Assembly: GCA_964007735.1 (NCBI GenBank)
Contig: CAXGAI010000021.1
Coordinates: forward strand, 55,678-75,677
Origin: an uncultured Rhodopirellula sp.
GTDB lineage: Bacteria; Planctomycetota; Planctomycetia; Pirellulales; Pirellulaceae
Reading direction: 5' to 3'
DNA length: 20,000 bases
Part shown: piece by piece, positions 1-9,775 of the stretch
Position numbering within the stretch: the first letter of the stretch is position 1
How the letters are laid out: the number at the start of each line of letters is the position of its first letter
Notes under the pieces: model-generated
Seen by the model: the letters and a program-made list of their open reading frames with translations, nothing else
Databases searched by the model: none
What the model was told of the DNA's origin: nothing
Made by a program: the position numbers and the translations under genes

Positions 1-666
<666 letters not shown>

Positions 667-727
667 CCACTCTTCAGTCGTTGTTTTAAGGTTTTACTTA
701 AACCAATAACGTAACAGGAAAAATCCT

Positions 728-1612
728 ATGGCAAATGCCAGGGCATTAGACAAACGACGAAAATCTGTTCGCAACATTCGAAAGATCACGCGAACGATGG
801 AGCTCATTGCGACAGCTCGATTCAAGAAAGCAATGGATCGGGCTACCGCCGCAACATCGTATACGAAGCGGATCACCGAAGTTGTGGCCAGCCTTGCCAA
901 AAGCGGAGCGGAAGTTCAGCACCCACTGCTGGAAGAACGTTCTGCCACGGACAATGCGGCCCTGATCGTACTTACCTCCAACCGAGGTCTTTGCGGAGGT
1001 TACAACGGTAACATCATTCGTGAAACGATGCGACAGTTCGACAGTCTGTCTGAATCATATGAAAACGTCAAATTGATCGTTTCAGGTAAGCGAGGAATCA
1101 CGAACCTGGAATTCCGAAACTATTCTGCGGATGAAACTTACACTCAATTTGAAGACGAACCACTTTTTGAGGATGTCAAGCCGATTGCAGATCAATTGCT
1201 AGACGAGTTCATCGCCAAGCGACTAGATCGTTTGGATGTGGTTTATACCAAGTTCATCTCCAGTTCGAAACAAGTTGCTATGGTGGAAACACTGTTACCA
1301 CTTGGCAGCGTCGGTAACGCAGACGATGAAGAGGAAACAGGAGGCATTGATGCTGACTTTGAATTCTTCCCGTCCGCTGAAAGCATATTGGAAGAAGTCG
1401 TTCCAATGAGCTTCCGCATTAATCTCTTTAAGTGTTTCCTCGACGCTGCTGTTAGTGAACAGATTGCTCGAATGGTCGCTATGAAGAGTGCAACGGAGAA
1501 TGCCGACGATATGATTCGAAATCTATCGATGACCTACAACCGTGCTCGCCAATCACAGATTACCGGCGAAATCATGGAAATCATCGGTGGTGTGGAAGCG
1601 TTAAAAAGCTAA
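728..1612 (+). CDS. atpG: F1Fo ATP synthase subunit gamma
   Basis: N-terminal RKITRTMELIATARF, TSNRGLCGGYN motif, C-terminal SEQIARMVAMKSATENA...YNRARQSQITGEIMEIIGG; position in the operon. Confidence 0.98.
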   Translation: MANARALDKRRKSVRNIRKITRTMELIATARFKKAMDRATAATSYTKRITEVVASLAKSGAEVQHPLLEERSATDNAALIVLTSNRGLCGGYNGNIIRETMRQFDSLSESYENVKLIVSGKRGITNLEFRNYSADETYTQFEDEPLFEDVKPIADQLLDEFIAKRLDRLDVVYTKFISSSKQVAMVETLLPLGSVGNADDEEETGGIDADFEFFPSAESILEEVVPMSFRINLFKCFLDAAVSEQIARMVAMKSATENADDMIRNLSMTYNRARQSQITGEIMEIIGGVEALKS

Positions 1613-1656
1613 CCACCAATAAATTTAACAACCAAACACAACATATAGTTTTTTAA

Positions 1657-3114
<1,458 letters not shown>

Positions 3115-3117
3115 TCC

Positions 3118-3510
3118 ATGTCAATTAACTGTATCGTTGTAACACCTGCTGAAACAGCCGTTGAAACCGAAGCTTCCTCCATTACCCTGCCACTGTTTGA
3201 CGGTGATAAGGGAGTGATGGCTGATCACGCTCCGATGATCGGGCGATTGGGCAACGGTGAATTGAAACTTGAAGGCCCTGAAGGTGGCTCGCGTTTCTAC
3301 ATCGAAGGAGGCTTCGTCCAGGTTCTGGATAATACGGTGTCTATTCTGACAAACCGTGTTGTTGCAGTCGAAGATCTCGACTCAAGTGCTCTGGCGGAGG
3401 AGCTCAGTGATACACTGGCCATGCCCGGCAATAACGACGAAGAACTCGACCTTCGTGAACGTGCGTCAGATGCCGTACGAGCCCAGTTACGAGTTGCTCA
3501 GCGTAGCTAG
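3118..3510 (+). CDS. atpC: F1Fo ATP synthase subunit epsilon
   Basis: 130 aa directly after atpD. VVTP, GVMADHAPMI..LG.G and FYIEGGFVQV beta-sandwich motifs, followed by C-terminal helices. Confidence 0.95.
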   Translation: MSINCIVVTPAETAVETEASSITLPLFDGDKGVMADHAPMIGRLGNGELKLEGPEGGSRFYIEGGFVQVLDNTVSILTNRVVAVEDLDSSALAEELSDTLAMPGNNDEELDLRERASDAVRAQLRVAQRS

Positions 3511-3547
3511 TTGCGATATTCGTTGTCTGGTAAATCCGTATAATAAC

Positions 3548-3574
3548 AGGGTGTAGCTTCTACACCCTATTTTT
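3548..3574 (+). terminator. Intrinsic terminator of the atp operon
   Basis: Perfect 9-bp stem AGGGTGTAG-ctt-CTACACCCT followed by ATTTTT, 38 nt after the atpC stop. Confidence 0.8.
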
Positions 3575-3628
3575 ACGCTTCTCAAATTCGCCCCCGTTAC
3601 TTAGCTAGCCGTTCGCCGGTTTACCCTC

Positions 3629-6238
3629 GTGGATCGAACTAAACTATCAGTATTTCTGCTTGTCCCTTTGCTGGCACTAGCAGCATTAGTAGCTCCTCTA
3701 TGGATCCAGGGGGAACTCCCTGTATTTCGAGATGCAGGTCACTATTACTATCCATCTTTTCATTTCGAGCATGAACTGTGGAACCATGGCACGGTTCCGC
3801 TTTGGAGTCACCTCGACGATCTCGGACGCCCCTTTGCAGCCGACTCGAGTACCAGCATCTTCTACCCCGTCAAATTGCTTTTCTGGCTACCGCTAAGTTT
3901 TCCCAATTGTGTCCTGCTTTACCTCATCACCCATCTCATCTTGGCAGGACTTAATACATACTATTTGGCGCGACGTTGGAGGGCTACTGCTTCGGGTGCA
4001 GCATTAGCCAGCCTGTCATTTTGCGTGGGCGGTGCGGTCCTCACTCAGCACTCCAATATCATCTATTTAGTATCAGCAGCCTGGCTTCCGCTAGCCGTTA
4101 GTCTTTCATTAGATCTCATTGAAAAGCAGGACGCTAAGAAATCTCTCGCCTGTCTGGCAGTAACACTTGCCCTCATGATCCTCGGCGGCGATCCACAAAT
4201 GGCCTTACACGTTATGTTGCTAATTCCCCTGCTCTACCTCTTCGCAGGCAAAACCTCTAATCGCAATCGTCAGCCAAAAAAAATCCCCAAACGAAAGGTT
4301 GCCAGACGAATGGTAATTACAGGCATCATCGCCTTCGGCTTGGCTGCGATACAAATCCTACCTACCTATAGCTTAACCAAAAACGCTAATCGTAATCTGC
4401 GTTCTGCGTCAAGGACCACCTTTGAATGGATCGCTGATCAGGTTACTGGCAATGAAGTTCCCAACAATATCTTTAAGGGACGCCGGTCATCAGAACACCA
4501 TGGACAACTTTATCAATTTTCACTGGCACCCTGGCAAATAACGGAATTAGCGTTCCCCAATATAACCGGCAAGCTCTATCCACAAAGACAACGTTGGACC
4601 TTTCTATTGGAAGATAATCCACGCACGTGGTACCCCAGTATCTATCAGGGGATCCTCCCTCTATTGTTTGCCCTGAGCATTTTTGGGCTCGGAAAAAATG
4701 CCCAGCACAAACAACTCAGTCGAATGATACTTTTTACTATTTTAGCTTCGCTGGGGGCGTTCGGAATTGGATGGTTGATTACTACTTTAAGCGGGGCTAA
4801 GCCTGTTGCTTCGGAAACCGGCGGTGTTTACTGGTTCCTTTGCAATGTCGTACCGGGGTACATCCAATTCCGCTACCCCGCTAAATGGTTTATCCTGGCC
4901 AGCCTGCTGATTGCCATTCTAGCCGGAGTTGGCTTCGATACCGTAAACAAGGATACAGAGCGCCGCAGAACAATTTTCAATTGGTCGATGGTAGGACTGT
5001 GTGCTGCTTTATTGACTTGCTATCCACTACTGAGTCAATTATTAACCAAAAGCCTAGTAAATTCCCCGCCCGACTCCTTCTTGGGGCCTGCTGCTAGTCA
5101 GGGAGTCAAACGCGATCTTTTACAGGCAGCGATCCAGCCGCTAGTTATCGTACTTGCTTTCATCGTCACGACAAAACTCGTGCGACAGGAAAAAGCAAAG
5201 ACGACAATTGTTTTAATTCTGCTTGCCGCTGATCTCTTATTTGCGAATTCATGGCTCTTTTCATCGGCATCGTCATATCACTGGGACGCGATTAGTCCCA
5301 TCGAACAACTAGTTAAGGACTCAACAAAGCAGGTACCAACACGAATTTACCGCACACGACTTTCCAATTGGAACCCACCTTCATTCGCAAAACAAAGCTC
5401 TGCTCAACGCCAACGTGAGGCAATTCTCTGGGACCGACGATCCCTCCGACCCCGTATGCACCTATTAAGTGACATCCAGTTACTCGATGCAAATGCGAGC
5501 ATTTCTGATGTGCACTATGATTCCGTGTTACGAGTCCTGCGAAAACACGGACGTACTCGAGAGGATAATGTTTCGGAACCTGATGTTGATGGTCTGGCAC
5601 TGTTGGGAGCCAGCCATATCATTGGACCGAAAAATTTCCACCCTCGGCAAGATGAAACACTTACAAGGCCTACCAGTATTGAAGACGTCGCGATTACTAC
5701 CACCGCTAATCCAGCTCCATTCTTCTGGACCGTCCCAAATTGGAAAGTTCGCACCCCCTTTAGTGGAGCAACTCCTGCTCAACTTGACCAAATCACCAAA
5801 GAGGTATTTTATCCGGAAGGATTTATCGCAGATCTCCAGAATCTATCGACACTTGAGTCGAATTCCATTAAAAGCAGCACTTCACCGATTTCTGTTAAGC
5901 AGGATGTCATTCGACTTGAATCATTCGAGCCGGGCTTTGTAAGACTCCGAGTTCTTAAAGAAGAGGATGGCCCGTTAATCATTAATCAGGGATTTGATAG
6001 CGGTTGGCACGCTCGTATTTGGAACTCGGAGAACACTCTCCCACAACCGACTCCACTAATTCGTGCGAATCGAGTGATGCAGGCCGTGCTGCTTAAAAAA
6101 GGTGAACAGACGATCGATCTTATTTATCGTCCCACTTCCTTCTTATTCGGTTTAGCCATCAGTGGAATCTGCTGGTTGATGCTATGCAGTAGCCTCGTAG
6201 TCTCGGGCTTCCAAGCTCGTCGAGCACTAACTCGCTAA
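3629..6238 (+). CDS. YfhO-family polytopic membrane protein (probable GT-C fold glycosyltransferase)
   Basis: 869 aa, GTG start. Asp after TM1 (FRDAGHYYYP), then PLW...LGRPF.A...SIFYP, many TM segments and FRYPAKW. C-terminal GFDSGWHA...RANRVMQAVLL..G...I.L.YRP plus a final TM is typical of YfhO proteins. Confidence 0.75.
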   Translation: MDRTKLSVFLLVPLLALAALVAPLWIQGELPVFRDAGHYYYPSFHFEHELWNHGTVPLWSHLDDLGRPFAADSSTSIFYPVKLLFWLPLSFPNCVLLYLITHLILAGLNTYYLARRWRATASGAALASLSFCVGGAVLTQHSNIIYLVSAAWLPLAVSLSLDLIEKQDAKKSLACLAVTLALMILGGDPQMALHVMLLIPLLYLFAGKTSNRNRQPKKIPKRKVARRMVITGIIAFGLAAIQILPTYSLTKNANRNLRSASRTTFEWIADQVTGNEVPNNIFKGRRSSEHHGQLYQFSLAPWQITELAFPNITGKLYPQRQRWTFLLEDNPRTWYPSIYQGILPLLFALSIFGLGKNAQHKQLSRMILFTILASLGAFGIGWLITTLSGAKPVASETGGVYWFLCNVVPGYIQFRYPAKWFILASLLIAILAGVGFDTVNKDTERRRTIFNWSMVGLCAALLTCYPLLSQLLTKSLVNSPPDSFLGPAASQGVKRDLLQAAIQPLVIVLAFIVTTKLVRQEKAKTTIVLILLAADLLFANSWLFSSASSYHWDAISPIEQLVKDSTKQVPTRIYRTRLSNWNPPSFAKQSSAQRQREAILWDRRSLRPRMHLLSDIQLLDANASISDVHYDSVLRVLRKHGRTREDNVSEPDVDGLALLGASHIIGPKNFHPRQDETLTRPTSIEDVAITTTANPAPFFWTVPNWKVRTPFSGATPAQLDQITKEVFYPEGFIADLQNLSTLESNSIKSSTSPISVKQDVIRLESFEPGFVRLRVLKEEDGPLIINQGFDSGWHARIWNSENTLPQPTPLIRANRVMQAVLLKKGEQTIDLIYRPTSFLFGLAISGICWLMLCSSLVVSGFQARRALTR

Positions 6239-6295
6239 AGATTCCCTCTTAAGCGTCCACTGTCCCTCGTGAAAACGGAGCCCGCACGACCGGTT

Positions 6296-6322
6296 TTGAC
6301 TCTCCCATGTTTGGCATACAAT
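6296..6322 (+). promoter_or_regulatory. Possible sigma70-type promoter for hisH-hisA
   Basis: TTGACT (6296-6301) and TACAAT (6317-6322), but the spacer is only 15 nt. Confidence 0.3.
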
Positions 6323-6364
6323 AAGAACTTACCAACCCGATGCACCTACTGAGAATACGAACAA

Positions 6365-6970
6365 ATGATCGCCATCATCGATTACCAGATGGGTAACCTT
6401 CGTAGCGTTCAAAAAGCCTTTGAAAAGGCTGGATTTGAAGCCACCATCACTAGCGATCCACAAACGGTTGCGGCGTCTGATAAAATCGTGCTTCCCGGCG
6501 TAGGGGCATTTGAAGATGCCATCGGTGAGTTACACCGTCGGGATCTTGTCAGTCCTATTAAGGATGTCATTCAAGCGGAAAAACCATTTCTAGGTATATG
6601 TCTGGGGCTACAGTTACTATTCGACATCAGTTATGAAGGAGGTGAATTCGAAGGATTGGGAATTATCCCCGGAGAAGTGAAGCGGTTTAATGTTCGTAAG
6701 GGATTTAAAGTTCCTCATATGGGATGGAATCAGGCAAACATTGTTCGCGAAGCCCCAATTCTGGAAGGTATCGAATTCGGCACTCACTTTTACTTTGTGC
6801 ACTCATACTATGTAGTGCCGAAGAACGATCACGTCATCGCCGTGACAAGTGACTATGACGGTGAATTCTGTGCTATGATCTGGCAGAACAATCTCTTTGC
6901 AACCCAATTCCATCCCGAGAAAAGTCAGGCAGCCGGCATTCAAGTTCTCAACAACTTCGGTTCGCTCTAA
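6365..6970 (+). CDS. hisH: Imidazole glycerol phosphate synthase, glutamine amidotransferase subunit
   Basis: IIDYQMGNLRSV, LPGVGAF, GICLGLQLL (catalytic Cys), VPHMGWN, YFVHSY and TQFHPEKS (His-x-Glu). Confidence 0.98.
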   Translation: MIAIIDYQMGNLRSVQKAFEKAGFEATITSDPQTVAASDKIVLPGVGAFEDAIGELHRRDLVSPIKDVIQAEKPFLGICLGLQLLFDISYEGGEFEGLGIIPGEVKRFNVRKGFKVPHMGWNQANIVREAPILEGIEFGTHFYFVHSYYVVPKNDHVIAVTSDYDGEFCAMIWQNNLFATQFHPEKSQAAGIQVLNNFGSL

Positions 6971-7006
6971 CCTCTTCTCTGTAGTCACCATAAGAAAGAT
7001 AAAGTC

Positions 7007-7723
7007 ATGAAAATTTGGCCCGCCATTGATCTACGGGGAGGCAATTGTGTCCGCCTCAAACAAGGTGACTACAATCAAGAAACGGTTTTTGGAGACAATC
7101 CCGGTGCGATGGCACTGCAATGGTGTAAACAGGGTGCTGAATGTATGCATCTAGTAGACTTGGACGGAGCTCGGGATGGCCTCTGGATCAATCAGGATGC
7201 TGTGCGAAGTATTATCGAAGCGATTGATGTCCCATGCCAACTCGGCGGTGGTGTTCGCGAAGAAGCTACCATCGAGTTATTGCTGGGCCTCGGGGTTAGC
7301 AGGCTAATTGTTGGCACAAAGGCCTTGAAAGAACCCTCCTGGTTCTCATCCATGGTCGAAAAATTCCCGCATAAACTAGCCCTGGGAATCGATGCCCGAG
7401 ATGGCATGGTAGCAACCGATGGTTGGTTGGAAACCAGTGAAACAACTGCGATAAGTCTTGCTCAGCAATTTGAGAACCAACCGGTCGCGGCTATTATCTA
7501 CACTGACATTTCAAGAGACGGGATGATGCAAGGTGCCAATGTCACCGGCATGGCAGAAATGAAACAAGCAACATCGATCCCAGTCATTGCCTCTGGCGGC
7601 GTAACCACACTCGATGATGTGAAGCAACTTCAGGAGGCCGGACTGGATGGAGCTATCATTGGGCGCAGTCTCTACGATGGAGTCATTGATTTGGCTGAAG
7701 CCATTTCTCTGGCAGCCGAATAA
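7007..7723 (+). CDS. hisA: ProFAR isomerase
   Basis: PAIDLRGGNCVRLKQGDY, HLVDLDGA, QLGGGVR, IYTDISRDGMMQG, IASGGV and GAIIGRSLY. Confidence 0.97.
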   Translation: MKIWPAIDLRGGNCVRLKQGDYNQETVFGDNPGAMALQWCKQGAECMHLVDLDGARDGLWINQDAVRSIIEAIDVPCQLGGGVREEATIELLLGLGVSRLIVGTKALKEPSWFSSMVEKFPHKLALGIDARDGMVATDGWLETSETTAISLAQQFENQPVAAIIYTDISRDGMMQGANVTGMAEMKQATSIPVIASGGVTTLDDVKQLQEAGLDGAIIGRSLYDGVIDLAEAISLAAE

Positions 7724-7730
7724 AACAGAT

Positions 7731-8687
7731 CTAAATTTCAAACGTTGATTCGTTGGTGACTGCTTCTTTACTATCCGCCCGCATACGCAACTTTGGTTTT
7801 TCCAGAGTAACTGTCGTATGAGGTTGCACACTACGTGTGAGCCAGACACTTGAACCTATCACACTATCGTGGCCAACTATCGTGTCGCCACCAAGGATGG
7901 TCGCTGACGCATAGACCACAACATGGTCATCAATCGTTGGATGACGTTTCATCGTGCGAATGAGTTTCCCATCAGCATCTGTTGGAAAACTCAAAGCGCC
8001 GAGGGTTACCCCCTGATATAACTTGACATGCTTACCGATCACCGTCGTTTCGCCTATCACAACACCTGTCCCATGGTCAATAAAGAACGACTCACCAATC
8101 GTTGCTCCCGGATGAATATCGATTCCAGTTTCTTTATGGGACCATTCAGCCATCATTCGAGGAATGAATGGGACCTCGAGCAGGTACAACTCATGAGCAA
8201 TTCGATGGACTGTCATGGCATCGAGTCCGGGATAGCAAAAAATCACTTCATCCAAACTCTTGCAAGCAGGGTCACCATCATAAGCTGCCTGAACATCCGT
8301 TGCCAGAATGCGTCTTAAATTAGGCAGACGTTCCAGTAACGCCAGGGTGATCTGCTCACCCTGCTCCAAATAAGCACTCCATTTCCCACGGGATTCAAAA
8401 ACAACATCCTCATGTTGTAATGCTCTCGCAATTTGAATGGAAAGTTCATTGAAGATTTGGGCGATCAGGTCCCCAACATAGTAGGAGATATTGTCCTGAT
8501 GCAAGCCCTGACGACGACGATAGCCTGGATATAACACTTCTTTGAAATCGGCCAGGATCGCAACAATCTTGTCCAATTGGGGCAACGGTGTATGGCCCAA
8601 GTGGTTGATTGTTCCCAGATCTTCATAGGTTTTGAGGATCTGCTGGGTCAATTCTGGTAATTGCTGTTTATTTTCGCGGGAAGACAT
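7731..8687 (-). CDS. cysE: Serine O-acetyltransferase (long CysE/EpsC type)
   Basis: [11 protein letters not shown]...[42 protein letters not shown], hexapeptide beta-helix, YQGVTLGA and KRHPTI. Confidence 0.95.
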   Translation of the reverse strand: MSSRENKQQLPELTQQILKTYEDLGTINHLGHTPLPQLDKIVAILADFKEVLYPGYRRRQGLHQDNISYYVGDLIAQIFNELSIQIARALQHEDVVFESRGKWSAYLEQGEQITLALLERLPNLRRILATDVQAAYDGDPACKSLDEVIFCYPGLDAMTVHRIAHELYLLEVPFIPRMMAEWSHKETGIDIHPGATIGESFFIDHGTGVVIGETTVIGKHVKLYQGVTLGALSFPTDADGKLIRTMKRHPTIDDHVVVYASATILGGDTIVGHDSVIGSSVWLTRSVQPHTTVTLEKPKLRMRADSKEAVTNESTFEI

Positions 8688-8693
8688 TTCGAA

Positions 8694-8756
8694 CGATTCT
8701 TAGCTAGAAAGAGACAAAAAAGACGTACTACAACTACAAGTGCTGAAGAATCAGCA
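8694..8756 (-). promoter_or_regulatory. Putative attenuator RNA switch between the leader stop codon and the cysE start
   Basis: The local hairpin UGCUGA-uucu-UCAGCA (8756-8741) is mutually exclusive with pairing of GAUUCUU(C)AGC (8752-8742) to GCUAAGAAUC (8704-8695), which lies 8-17 nt before the cysE AUG. Confidence 0.6.
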
Positions 8757-8801
8757 ACAACAGAGGCAATCGCAAATATTGTAGTAGTTTAGAAATCTCA
8801 T
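8751..8801 (-). CDS. Putative cysteine-rich leader (attenuator) peptide MRFLNYYNICDCLCCC upstream of cysE
   Basis: The minus strand reads ATG AGA TTT CTA AAC TAC TAC AAT ATT TGC GAT TGC CTC TGT TGT TGC TGA. It ends 63 nt before the cysE ATG on the same strand and lies downstream of a good promoter match. Confidence 0.8.
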   Translation of the reverse strand: MRFLNYYNICDCLCCC

Positions 8802-8841
8802 AGTTTCATCCGAAAAACAAGGCTCAGACCTTTATTATTTA

Positions 8842-8869
8842 ATCGTAGGTTACAGAATAATGGTGTCAA
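8842..8869 (-). promoter_or_regulatory. Sigma70-type promoter driving the leader-cysE transcript
   Basis: Minus strand TTGACA (8869-8864), 16-nt spacer, TACGAT (8847-8842). Predicted start near 8835, about 34 nt before the leader ATG. Confidence 0.7.
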
Positions 8870-8974
8870 GCGACGACTAACTCTAATTCGAATACCAGCC
8901 AATGGTATTTCCCACCAATCCCGTGATTTGCTAATATAGCCAAACATTCAGGATGGTTTTTCAATTGGGAATAA

Positions 8975-9739
8975 ATGAATTCGTACGCTAGATACTCGTC
9001 ACTTTTCCTCCTGCTAATGCTGGCCGGCTGCCAGATTGGCCCGGACGGCAAATTCAGCTGGAACCAAAAAGAGAATCCTATTTCTAGTGACATTGCGCTG
9101 GCCGGAGATAACACTGGAAATACGACTTCTCCAGCCAACGGTTCGGCGTTAGACAAACTCACGGCTGATAACGAATCCCTGCATGCTGAATTAGCAAAAG
9201 CACGTCAACAATTCCGAGTCACCGCCAGTGAGTTGGATTTAATAAAACAGCAATTGAAGGAGGCCAATGATAAACTCGCAAACAATGCTGGCATCGACTT
9301 ATCCGCCGGCAATGCCTCGTCTGCTAATACACTTGAAACTGTCAGTATTGAAGGCATCGTTGTCGGCCGGGAGAAAAACACGATCCGAATTGAGCTGCCA
9401 CGAACACAGTTGTTTAACGCCAATACGGTAACCATCAGCAATAACGGGAAGACAATACTGGACCGCGTTGCAGCCGCGATTAAACAACAATACCCCAATC
9501 AACAAATGATGTTGGAAGCCCACGCTGATTCCGGACTAACTCCCAACGATGACCATCAGCAAGCTATCCAACAAGCTACCTCGGTATACAATTACTTAGT
9601 TGGTATGACACAACTACCGGCAAATCAGTTTTCGCTCGCTTCCAAAGGTAAGAATCAACCTCGTTACTCGACGGCATCAGACCAGGGACGCGAAGCAAAT
9701 AACCGGATAGAGTTAATCATTTATCCGGAGACTTATTAA
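8975..9739 (+). CDS. Lipoprotein with a coiled coil and a C-terminal OmpA/MotB-like domain
   Basis: Lipobox LLLMLAG-C at Cys19 and a heptad-rich middle. The C-terminus IRIELP..QLF...ILDRVA...LEAHAD...SKGKNQPR...GREANNRIELII follows the OmpA_C layout. Confidence 0.8.
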   Translation: MNSYARYSSLFLLLMLAGCQIGPDGKFSWNQKENPISSDIALAGDNTGNTTSPANGSALDKLTADNESLHAELAKARQQFRVTASELDLIKQQLKEANDKLANNAGIDLSAGNASSANTLETVSIEGIVVGREKNTIRIELPRTQLFNANTVTISNNGKTILDRVAAAIKQQYPNQQMMLEAHADSGLTPNDDHQQAIQQATSVYNYLVGMTQLPANQFSLASKGKNQPRYSTASDQGREANNRIELIIYPETY

Positions 9740-9775
9740 CCCCTATTTCACCCCACGAAAGCACTAAATCGTCGC

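Noticed and set aside
6365..7723. hisH-hisA without hisF as a sign of pathway loss
   Set aside because: Scattered his genes are common outside enterobacteria, and absence from a 20-kb window says nothing about the genome.
8710..8745. Classical intrinsic terminator or T-box/SAM riboswitch in the cysE leader
   Set aside because: There is no strong hairpin directly before the U6 tract. I see no T-box (UGGNACC) or S-box consensus, and the leader is too short for a T-box.
8866..9162. 98-aa minus-strand ORF upstream of cysE
   Set aside because: It is mostly antisense to the lipoprotein gene, has no recognisable motif, and ends within the predicted cysE -35 box.
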